A DNA stretch of 32,000 nucleotides from an uncultured Planctomycetia bacterium (lineage in GTDB: Bacteria; Omnitrophota; Gorgyraeia; Duberdicusellales; 4484-171): contig CAZHYN010000001.1 in assembly GCA_964536865.1 (NCBI GenBank), positions 210,001-242,000 on the forward strand. The letters run 5' to 3'. The number at the start of each line of letters is the position of its first letter. Positions within the stretch are counted from its first letter, which is position 1. Positions 15,051-22,699 of the stretch are shown piece by piece. Under the pieces are notes generated by a model. The model saw only the letters and a list, made by a program, of their open reading frames with translations, had not been told where the DNA came from and did not search any database. Position numbers and translations under genes: made by a program.

Positions 15051-15622
15051 GTTTTAAGAAAGAAAAAGACCAGATAATTTTTTGGGCTCACCAGCTTTAT
15101 GAGAAGAATTTAACAAAAGCTAAAAGTGGAAATATTTCTTTAAAAGTAGAAAAAGACAAAATTCTTATTACTGCTCATGATACTTTTTTAGGATATTTAG
15201 AAAAACAGGATATTATTTTGATGGATTTGGAGGGAAATATTTTAGAAGGAGAAAAAGAGGTAACCAGTGAGAAACCAGTTCATTTAAGTATTCATAAAAA
15301 ATTTCCTCAAAAAAAAGCAGTGCTTCATGCCCATCCTTCCTTTGCGGTAGCCTTTTTTCATTATTTTAAAAAATTAGATAATATTTTTTTGGAAAGCAAA
15401 TACTATTTAAAAAATATAAAAGTTATTACTCAAAAGACAATTAATATTACAAAAATTGGCCCGGTTTTATCTGCTTTAGCTGAATCCAGTATAGTGATGA
15501 TAAAAGACCATGGGGTAATTAGTATAGGAGATAATTTCAAGGAAGCTTTTGGTTTGATAGAGTTACTTGAGGAGCAGGCAAAAATAAATTTTTTTATGAA
15601 ATTGCTAAATAAAGATGGATAA
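15047..15622 (+). CDS. Class II aldolase/adducin-family protein (FucA/MtnB-like)
   Basis: KSGNISLK, TSEKPVHLSIH, VLHAHPSFAVAF and KDHGVISIG match the Zn-binding and active-site motifs of class II aldolases. ATGA overlap upstream. Confidence 0.75.
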   Translation: MSFKKEKDQIIFWAHQLYEKNLTKAKSGNISLKVEKDKILITAHDTFLGYLEKQDIILMDLEGNILEGEKEVTSEKPVHLSIHKKFPQKKAVLHAHPSFAVAFFHYFKKLDNIFLESKYYLKNIKVITQKTINITKIGPVLSALAESSIVMIKDHGVISIGDNFKEAFGLIELLEEQAKINFFMKLLNKDG

Positions 15623-17963
15623 AGAGTCTCGCGTTTTTAAATTAGCACGCACAATTATTCACTTAAGAATTTATGTCATACTTTCAGGAATAATTATCTC
15701 TCTTTTTTTCATTAATGTTTTAAAAGATATAAAAATTGAGACTCATCTTGAAGATTTCTTACCACAAAGACATCCTTTTATTAAAGTTCAGTATAGATTG
15801 ACCCAGATTTTTGGAGGGCTTAATCAGGTCAGTATTGCTTTAAAGACAAAAAAAGGAGATATCTTTAATAAAGATTTTTTGGAAAAAGTTATCTTTTTAA
15901 CCGAGGACCTTTATCTTTTAGAAGATGTAAATCCTTCAAGAGTTATTTCTTTAGCTTCCCGACATATAAAACATGTAACCGCAAATGAGGAAGGTTTTTT
16001 TGTAGAAAGGCTTTTAAGAGATGTTCCCTCAAAAGATAAGATAGAAGAGCTTAAAGAAAGAATTTTAAATAACCCCAATATTTATGGAAAGATAGTATCC
16101 AAAGACTTAAAAAGCACATTGATTCAGGTAGATTTTACATCTTCCGCAAGCACCTCCTATATCTTTAATACTTTGATGAAACTGAAAAAGAAATATGAGG
16201 ATGAAAACACAAAGATTTATATCGCCGGACGAGCTATCTTAGAGGGCTGGCTTAATTTTTATCTTCCTCAAATGTTTAAAATTTTAATCATCAGTTTCCT
16301 GGTAATTGGTTTTATTCTTTATCTTACTTTTCGCTCAAAAAGAGGGGTGATTCTGCCTCTATTAGATTCTTCTATGGCGACAATCTGGGGAATGGGAGCG
16401 ATGAAGCTTTTAGGGTTAAGACTTGATCCTTCCACAATTTTAGTTCCTTTTATCGTTCTTTCCTTAGGGATTAGCCATTCTGTTCATACTTTAAAGCGTT
16501 ATTATGAGGAGATGAGGAATCCCAAAATGAAAAGTAAACATGCAATTATAAATACGATAGCACATTTGTTTATTCCTGGGTTAGCATCTTGTCTAACTGA
16601 TGGATTTGGATTTTTATCTTTGCTTTTAGTTCCTCTTCCCACAATAAAGAGTATGGCTTTAGCCAGTGGTTTAGGTATACTGGCTAATTTTTTAACCTCA
16701 TTTATGTTTACTCCTGCCCTTTTATCTTTTATGAAGAGACCTAAAATCTTAGAGATAGAGAAAGAAGAAAGACATAAATGGGTAGATAAGTATCTTAAAC
16801 AATTAAGTATATTTTCCTTAAATAAAAAAGCAGGAACAATTGTAGTAAGTGTATTTATTATTTTGTGTTTATTCTCATTTTTAGGGATAGGAAAGATAAC
16901 TGTAGGAGAAAATACTTCCGGCACAAGTTATTTATATCCAGAAAGCCCTTTTAACAAAGCAGAAAGATTTATTAACAAAAACTTTGGGGGGACAAATACT
17001 TATTATATTCTTGCAGAATCAGAAGATAGCCTTCTTAAGGTTAGTAAATTAAAAGCAATACAGGAACTTCAGGGTTTTATTTTAAAAAATGTCTCCTCCT
17101 GTGGTTCAGCAAGCTCTTTTGTAGATGCAATTAAGGCTCTTAATATGTTTATGTTTGGTGGAAAAAGAAGTTATTTTAAGCTGCCTCTACAGGATAAATT
17201 AGTTTATCAATATTGGTTTTTATATACGATGAGTGGATTTCCTTCAGACTATGGCCATCTTATCTCAAAAGATAAGCGTTTTGCTAATATAAAATTTGAT
17301 TTTAAGAATCATAAAACTTCCACAGTAGAGGAGGCAGTAAGAAAAACAGAGGAATTTTTAAAACTTCATGAGTTTAAAGATATTAAATTCAGTTATGCGG
17401 GAGGAGATATCGGAATTAGTTTTGCTGTAAATGAGATTATAAAAAAGACGATTCTTCCCAACATACTTTTTATCTCCTTTTTAATCTTTCTATATGTAAG
17501 CTTTGTTTATAAATCTTTTACCTCAGCAGGAATTTTACTCATTCCTCTTCTTATAAGCAATATTGTTGTTTTCTCTTTATTTGGATTTCTTAAAACATCC
17601 CTTACTACTGAGACTTTGCCTTTGGCTTCTTTAAGTGAAGGATTAGGGATAAATTATGGGATTTATATACTTTCTCGGTTATATGAAGAGATAAAAAAGA
17701 AAAAAAAGACTTATAGAAAAATCCTTTATGATACTCTTACAAGCAGCGGAAAAGCAGTTTTTTTCAGTGGAGTTATAGTTTCTTTGGGAATTTTTGTCTG
17801 GATATTTTCCCCTATACGTTTTCAGGCACATTTAGGAATGAACTTATGCTTGGCTTTAATTTTAAATATGTTGATTTCTTTAATTATGATTCCGGTGATG
17901 ATTTGGTGGATAAAACCAAGATTTCTTTTTAGAGGAATTAAGGGAAGATTAAAGAGGAGGTGA
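15615..17963 (+). CDS. RND-superfamily (MMPL/HpnN-like) transporter
   Basis: 782 aa with two blocks of about 5-6 TM helices, each preceded by a large soluble loop (RND topology). 8-nt overlap upstream. Confidence 0.75.
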   Translation: MDKESRVFKLARTIIHLRIYVILSGIIISLFFINVLKDIKIETHLEDFLPQRHPFIKVQYRLTQIFGGLNQVSIALKTKKGDIFNKDFLEKVIFLTEDLYLLEDVNPSRVISLASRHIKHVTANEEGFFVERLLRDVPSKDKIEELKERILNNPNIYGKIVSKDLKSTLIQVDFTSSASTSYIFNTLMKLKKKYEDENTKIYIAGRAILEGWLNFYLPQMFKILIISFLVIGFILYLTFRSKRGVILPLLDSSMATIWGMGAMKLLGLRLDPSTILVPFIVLSLGISHSVHTLKRYYEEMRNPKMKSKHAIINTIAHLFIPGLASCLTDGFGFLSLLLVPLPTIKSMALASGLGILANFLTSFMFTPALLSFMKRPKILEIEKEERHKWVDKYLKQLSIFSLNKKAGTIVVSVFIILCLFSFLGIGKITVGENTSGTSYLYPESPFNKAERFINKNFGGTNTYYILAESEDSLLKVSKLKAIQELQGFILKNVSSCGSASSFVDAIKALNMFMFGGKRSYFKLPLQDKLVYQYWFLYTMSGFPSDYGHLISKDKRFANIKFDFKNHKTSTVEEAVRKTEEFLKLHEFKDIKFSYAGGDIGISFAVNEIIKKTILPNILFISFLIFLYVSFVYKSFTSAGILLIPLLISNIVVFSLFGFLKTSLTTETLPLASLSEGLGINYGIYILSRLYEEIKKKKKTYRKILYDTLTSSGKAVFFSGVIVSLGIFVWIFSPIRFQAHLGMNLCLALILNMLISLIMIPVMIWWIKPRFLFRGIKGRLKRR

Positions 17964-18835
17964 AGATGCGATTTTTTTTAACTCTTTTATTTTTTTGGAA
18001 TATAGCTGGATTCGCACAAACACTTGAAATAGGAAAACTCTATCATTTAAAAGAAGGAATGAGTGCGGATGAGATTATGAGAATTGTGTATCATAATAAA
18101 TATTCTTTGTTTTGTAAAGATATTACTTTTAAGGGGGAAGTGATTTATGTTGATTCTCCCACATTGATGCGCAAAAGAAAATATATAAAACATAGAATAA
18201 TTTTAGGCAAAGATGATTTCTCTTATAAAGAATTAACTGCAATTACTTATCCTACAGAGGTAAAGGGGCTGGCAATTCTTGTCTGGAGTTATCTTTCGCC
18301 CCAAAAAGATCAGCAAGTCTGGCTGTGGCTTCCTACTTTAAAAAAGGTGAGGAAAATTTCTGCCTCCCAGGACGACGATGCTTTTATGGGTTCAGATTTT
18401 ACAGTTGAGGAGGTCTCAACCCGCCGATTTGAAGATGAAACTTATAGATTAATTGGGGAAAAGCTTTTCTCCGGTTATAAATTCAAATATAAAGATGAGA
18501 TTTTATTTAAAGGAAGAGATTGTTTTGTGATTGAGGCTCATCCTAAAAAAGCACACTGGTATTATGATAAAAGGATAATTTGGGTAGATAAAAAGACAGG
18601 AGGACACATTTATGAAGAGTATTTTGATAAGAAAGGAAGATTATTTAAAAAAATTTTCAGAAATTGGAAACTTATAAAAGTGAGCGATAAACTTTATCCT
18701 ACCCAGATTGCTTTAGAGGCGGAGGATTTACGCACCCATCATCGCACAGTAATTTTAATGAAGGATATAAAATATGACCAGGATTTATTGGAAAGTTTAT
18801 TTACAGTTAAGACTTTGATGAGGTCAAGATGGTAA
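17960..18835 (+). CDS. LolA-like outer-membrane lipoprotein-sorting family protein
   Basis: DQQVWLWLPTLKKVRKISASQDDDAFMGSDFTVEEV matches the family signature (..W.YLP.L.rvRRI....sFmGSDFtyeD). Signal peptide MRFFLTLLFFWNIAGFA. The likelier start is ATG 17966, 5 nt after AGAGGAGG. Confidence 0.7.
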   Translation: MKMRFFLTLLFFWNIAGFAQTLEIGKLYHLKEGMSADEIMRIVYHNKYSLFCKDITFKGEVIYVDSPTLMRKRKYIKHRIILGKDDFSYKELTAITYPTEVKGLAILVWSYLSPQKDQQVWLWLPTLKKVRKISASQDDDAFMGSDFTVEEVSTRRFEDETYRLIGEKLFSGYKFKYKDEILFKGRDCFVIEAHPKKAHWYYDKRIIWVDKKTGGHIYEEYFDKKGRLFKKIFRNWKLIKVSDKLYPTQIALEAEDLRTHHRTVILMKDIKYDQDLLESLFTVKTLMRSRW

Positions 18836-18856
18836 AAAAGAGGAGGTGAGAAAAAA

Positions 18857-20242
18857 ATGAGCAAGGCTTTAATTATTTTTTTAGTTGTATTTCCTATTAG
18901 TGTATTTTGTGCTCAAATTGAAAATAACTTAGAGTATGCTGGGTATATAAAGAGCGAAACGTGGGTCAAAACTAATAACGATAATTCTCATTTATTTCTT
19001 TCTGCTTTCAAGAATACTTTTGATTTAGAGGTAGAGTATAAATTATCTAATGAATGGACCTTGTTTGTTCACCCTCGCTACTTCTATGATTTTGCTTACG
19101 ATATAAGAGATGAAGCCAATTTCGATAAAAATCAGTTTAAAATGGGACATACCCAAAGGACAGAATGGCTAAGAGACTGCTACTTAGATTTTACCTCTGA
19201 TAAGTTAGATATCAGGATCGGTAAACAACAGGTTGTCTGGGGACAAGCCGATGGACTTCCTTTTTTAGATAGGGTTATGCCTTTTGATTTGACTTACTAT
19301 TGGTTGCCGGATTTTGCTGATATAAGGATTCCTTTATGGATGGTAAAGATTGAGTATTCTCCTTGGCTAAATTCTACTCTGCAGTTTCTCCTTATTCCTG
19401 ATTTTGAAGCATCACGCTCTGCACCTGCCCATGCTCCCTTTGCTTTTAAGGCAAATACTGCTTGGGAGGATTTTAAAGCTATCAATGCTTCCTCGGGAGG
19501 AACAGCTTCAACCACTATTTACCGACCTCCTAAGGAGTTTGAGAATTCAAGGGTAGGATTAAGATGGCGTTCAATGATGGGTGATATGGAGTATACTCTA
19601 AACTGGTTGTATGGTTACTCTAATAGCGCTTACACCTATACCGATTCTTTTACTCCTATCATTGGTGCTATCGGCCATTACAAGGTGTCTCGGCGACATA
19701 AGCTAATGCATTTGGTAGGTTTCTCTTTTAACAAATCTTTTCTTAATCCAGGTCCTTTAGAGGGATGGACCATTCGGGGTGAATTTGCTTATCTCCATAA
19801 TGAACCAACCTATTATGGAACCGATGGTTCTAGAAAGCTTACTGAGAGGACAGATAAGTATGCCTATGTATTAGGATTTGATAAGAGCTTCTTTACTAAC
19901 TGGGCCTTTTCCTTACAATTTTGTCAATTTATTCATGATAAAAAAACATTTAAAGGGTATCAAGTTATAAATGCCTACACTTACGGATTGATGGAAAAAA
20001 TTGAGAATACTTTAACTTTGAAAGTTGCTACTGATTTCATGCACCAGCGCCTCAAACCAGAAGTTTTAATTATCTATGGAGACGATAACGACGGAAGAAT
20101 CTCTTTTAAAACAAAGTATGAATTGAAAGATAACGTTTGGTTTACTTTTGGCTACTATCATTTTTGGGGTCCTCCTCGGGGCTCTAACGGCCAATTTAGA
20201 AATAACGATCATTTCTTTTGCGAAGTGAAGTATACTTTTTAA
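18857..20242 (+). CDS. Outer-membrane beta-barrel protein, DUF1302-like
   Basis: Signal peptide. LRDCYLDF...IRIGKQQVVWGQADG resembles the DUF1302 signature. Alternating beta-strand pattern with a terminal aromatic residue (YTF). Strong SD. Confidence 0.6.
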   Translation: MSKALIIFLVVFPISVFCAQIENNLEYAGYIKSETWVKTNNDNSHLFLSAFKNTFDLEVEYKLSNEWTLFVHPRYFYDFAYDIRDEANFDKNQFKMGHTQRTEWLRDCYLDFTSDKLDIRIGKQQVVWGQADGLPFLDRVMPFDLTYYWLPDFADIRIPLWMVKIEYSPWLNSTLQFLLIPDFEASRSAPAHAPFAFKANTAWEDFKAINASSGGTASTTIYRPPKEFENSRVGLRWRSMMGDMEYTLNWLYGYSNSAYTYTDSFTPIIGAIGHYKVSRRHKLMHLVGFSFNKSFLNPGPLEGWTIRGEFAYLHNEPTYYGTDGSRKLTERTDKYAYVLGFDKSFFTNWAFSLQFCQFIHDKKTFKGYQVINAYTYGLMEKIENTLTLKVATDFMHQRLKPEVLIIYGDDNDGRISFKTKYELKDNVWFTFGYYHFWGPPRGSNGQFRNNDHFFCEVKYTF

Positions 20243-20306
20243 ATTTATAAGGATAGAGCTTTCTGCCCAGTGTGAGACCGATAAGCACCCCACCTTTTAC
20301 TTTCAG

Positions 20307-21008
20307 ATGGTTCAACCTTTGTATCAGTCGCAGGATAGAATTAATACCCTTTTTTACCAACCTCGTATCTCTCTAACAGGAGGAGATTTAACTTATAGTT
20401 TAGGGGTGGGTTATAGGAAGATTTTGCACAGTAGTCTTATCTTAGGAGTTAATTTGTTCGGAGATTACCAAGATCTACATGAGCATGGACGGTTGGGTTT
20501 AGAATTTGAGGCTTTAGAAGAAATTTTAGAGGCACGTTTTAACAGCTATTTCGGTGTCACTACCAAGAGGATAGTAGAGAATTCTCCTAGCTCTACAACT
20601 TACGAGAGAGTGGCTGATGGTTTAGATTTTGAGGTAGGCGCACCTCTCCCCTATCTTCCTTGGCTTAAGATATATACTGCAGGATTTTGGTACGATTTCG
20701 ATAAGTTTAATGATAAGTACGGATGGAAAATGCGCCTTACGGTTAAACTTAACAATACTTTTACTCTGGAAGTTTACACTTGGGATGACAATAAAGGAGA
20801 GCAGGAGTACGGAGGAAAACTAGAATGTCGTATCCCTTTTGAAACGATCCCTGATTTTAGAGAAATTTTTGTATTGAGTAAAGAGCCTTTCCCCAGGGAG
20901 GATATAAGAAAGAAAGTGCTTATTCCTGTAGAAAGAAATTTTGATATAGTAGTGGAGAAGTGGATAGAAACGGCATCTATGACAATAGAAATTGGGAGAG
21001 GAAATTAA
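20307..21008 (+). CDS. Inverse-autotransporter (intimin/invasin-type) beta-domain-like ORF, lacking signal peptide, SD and passenger; possibly a gene remnant
   Basis: TLFYQP...LGVGYRK, LGVNLFGDY...HGRLGLEFE, ARFNSYF, ADGLDFEVGAPLPYLP and PVERNFDIVVEK parallel the intimin beta-domain blocks recalled from memory. The frame is open only from 20229, with no start before ATG 20307. Confidence 0.45.
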   Translation: MVQPLYQSQDRINTLFYQPRISLTGGDLTYSLGVGYRKILHSSLILGVNLFGDYQDLHEHGRLGLEFEALEEILEARFNSYFGVTTKRIVENSPSSTTYERVADGLDFEVGAPLPYLPWLKIYTAGFWYDFDKFNDKYGWKMRLTVKLNNTFTLEVYTWDDNKGEQEYGGKLECRIPFETIPDFREIFVLSKEPFPREDIRKKVLIPVERNFDIVVEKWIETASMTIEIGRGN

Positions 21009-21028
21009 TAAGTTAAGGGGGTAGAGAT

Positions 21029-21676
21029 ATGAGAAATAATATTTTATTCTTAATTTGTATTATTCTTTTTTCTCTAAGCTACAGCGTCTATGGAGCAACC
21101 GGTTATGGTACTCCGGAAATTTATAGAATCACTATTAGTAAAGTAGAGTTATATAATAGTACAACCTCTTCTTGGGTGACAGTAGGAGAGGGGGAGCTCA
21201 CCTTTAATATTGCCAGTGTAAATGCAGGAGAGATAGTAGGTTCCTACGTAAGTAGTAAATCTATTCCTGAGGGTGTGTATACTAAGGATAGAGTGACTGT
21301 TTCTCGGACAATATCCATAAAATCTACAGGAACTATAGGAGCCACTACTTATTATACTACAGCAACTACAGTATCAGGGCCTGATGGTACTCAAGCAGTA
21401 TTAGCATCTACTAATTCAAGTGATTATGGAGAGGGGACATTGAAATCTCCTGAAACTTCCCAGGGCGAGCATTATAATGTGATAGGAGAGTATTTTACTG
21501 ACACTAGTACTTTTTCTCAACCTTTAGTAGTAAAAAAGGGTACGACTAAGAAGATAAGAATAAAATTTGATGTTACTAATGCTGTAACCTTTGATGATAC
21601 AGATGGTATTTCAGGAAACGGAAACGATATCTGTTATCCCAATGCTCCTACGGTTACAGTAGAGGTAGTAGATTAA
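21029..21676 (+). CDS. Secreted Thr/Ser-rich protein of unknown function (DUF4382-like beta-sandwich pattern)
   Basis: SD AAGGGGG. Signal peptide MRNNILFLICIILFSLSYSVYG|A. Contains ...VELYNSTTSSWVTVGEGELTFNIASV...IPEGVYTKDRVTVS. Confidence 0.5.
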   Translation: MRNNILFLICIILFSLSYSVYGATGYGTPEIYRITISKVELYNSTTSSWVTVGEGELTFNIASVNAGEIVGSYVSSKSIPEGVYTKDRVTVSRTISIKSTGTIGATTYYTTATTVSGPDGTQAVLASTNSSDYGEGTLKSPETSQGEHYNVIGEYFTDTSTFSQPLVVKKGTTKKIRIKFDVTNAVTFDDTDGISGNGNDICYPNAPTVTVEVVD

Positions 21677-21720
21677 TCACCTTTCCTAACCTATCATATC
21701 AGAACCAACCTTCTTATTTC

Positions 21721-21759
21721 TTCTGCAACATTTGTGTTTCAAACAAAAATGTTGCAGAA
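21721..21759. repeat. Palindromic hairpin element, left flank of the RAYT gene
   Basis: TTCTGCAACATTT (21721-21733) is the reverse complement of AAATGTTGCAGAA (21747-21759). The 13-nt centre, GTGTTTCAAACAA, contains GTTT-C-AAAC. Confidence 0.9.
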
Positions 21760-22681
21760 GAGGAACGAATGTAGTAAATTATTGTTAAATATGGATATAT
21801 TAGAATTGATAGAGAAAAAGAAAATTAATCGTTATCTGGGAGTTAATAAGAAGATTATTTTAGAAAATAATTTTTATCATGTTACCCAAAGAGCACCGGG
21901 AAAAGAACAGTTATTTTTAGAAGAAAATGATTATCTTTATTTTCTTTATCTTCTCAAAAATACTTCTAATGATTTTGGTTTAGAGATTTACTCTTTTGTG
22001 TTAATGCCTAATCATCTTCATCTTTTATTATATTTGACTCAAAGAAATTTAGATAAGGCGATGAAAAAACTTTTTCAGAGATACGCTACTTATTTTAATA
22101 GAAAGTACCAAAGAAAGGGACATGTGTTTTGTGGAGTATATAGGTGCGCTCTCTGTAGAGAAGAAATTTACCTTTTAGCAATTTCTTTATATATCCATTT
22201 AAATCCTTTAAAGGCAAGATTATGTAAAGATTTATGTGATTATAAATGGAGTTCTATCCAACTATATCTCGACCCTTCTAAGACCTCTTTTGTAAAAAAT
22301 GATTTTATCTTAAATATTCTTCATTGTGACAGAAAAAAGGCAATTGCAGAATATAAGCGACTTTTAGAAGAGTGCGCAAGAATAAAGTATACACCACTCT
22401 TAGAGAATTTGAGGGGTTTAGAAAAAATATGTAAGAAAGTTTCTGTACAAGCGAGCTCTTTCCTTATTAAAAAGAAAGAAAAAGCAAATAAAAAGGATTT
22501 TTTAGAAGAAAAGATTCGCCAATTTAAGGATAAAAGGAGGATAGTTAAGCCTGAAGAGAAGCAAGCATTGATTTATGTTATAGAGCAGTTGAAAAGTAGA
22601 GGCTTTAGAGTTAAAGAGATATCGGGTATCTTAGGTATAAGTCGTCATAAAATCTATCGCTTATGCAACATTTCTGTTTGA
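21734..22681 (+). CDS. Y1/HUH transposase, REP-associated (RAYT) / IS200-like, with C-terminal HTH extension
   Basis: FYHVTQRAP...VLMPNHLHLLL (HUH), GHVFCGVYR, YIHLNPLKARL (catalytic Tyr region), YKWSS. The C-terminal ...IYVIEQLKSRGFRVKEISGILGISRHKIYRL is HTH-like. Start is uncertain (GTG 21734, ATG 21749 or ATG 21791), and none has a clear SD. Confidence 0.8.
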   Translation: MFQTKMLQKRNECSKLLLNMDILELIEKKKINRYLGVNKKIILENNFYHVTQRAPGKEQLFLEENDYLYFLYLLKNTSNDFGLEIYSFVLMPNHLHLLLYLTQRNLDKAMKKLFQRYATYFNRKYQRKGHVFCGVYRCALCREEIYLLAISLYIHLNPLKARLCKDLCDYKWSSIQLYLDPSKTSFVKNDFILNILHCDRKKAIAEYKRLLEECARIKYTPLLENLRGLEKICKKVSVQASSFLIKKKEKANKKDFLEEKIRQFKDKRRIVKPEEKQALIYVIEQLKSRGFRVKEISGILGISRHKIYRLCNISV

Positions 22682-22699
22682 AACTCAAATGTTGCAGAT
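22661..22699. repeat. Palindromic hairpin element, right flank of the RAYT gene
   Basis: TGCAACATTT (22664-22673) pairs with AAATGTTGCA (22687-22696); the centre is CTGTTTGAAACTC. By hand count it matches 35/39 to the reverse complement of the left element and 33/39 in direct orientation. Confidence 0.85.

Larger units (their letters stand above)
21721..22699 (+). mobile_element. RAYT / IS200-like unit: Y1 transposase bracketed by matching hairpins
   Basis: An HUH/Y1 transposase gene whose first and last codons lie inside two near-identical 39-bp palindromes. Inserted between an unrelated secreted-protein gene and rlmN. Confidence 0.55.

Noticed and set aside
14343-17963. Calling the PNP-like and RND genes hopanoid genes hpnG/hpnN.
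   Set aside because: The idea rests only on fold-level analogy. No squalene-hopene cyclase, HpnH or other hpn genes are in the window, and the B12-rSAM at 26153 sits in a different operon. It is mentioned only as an analogy.
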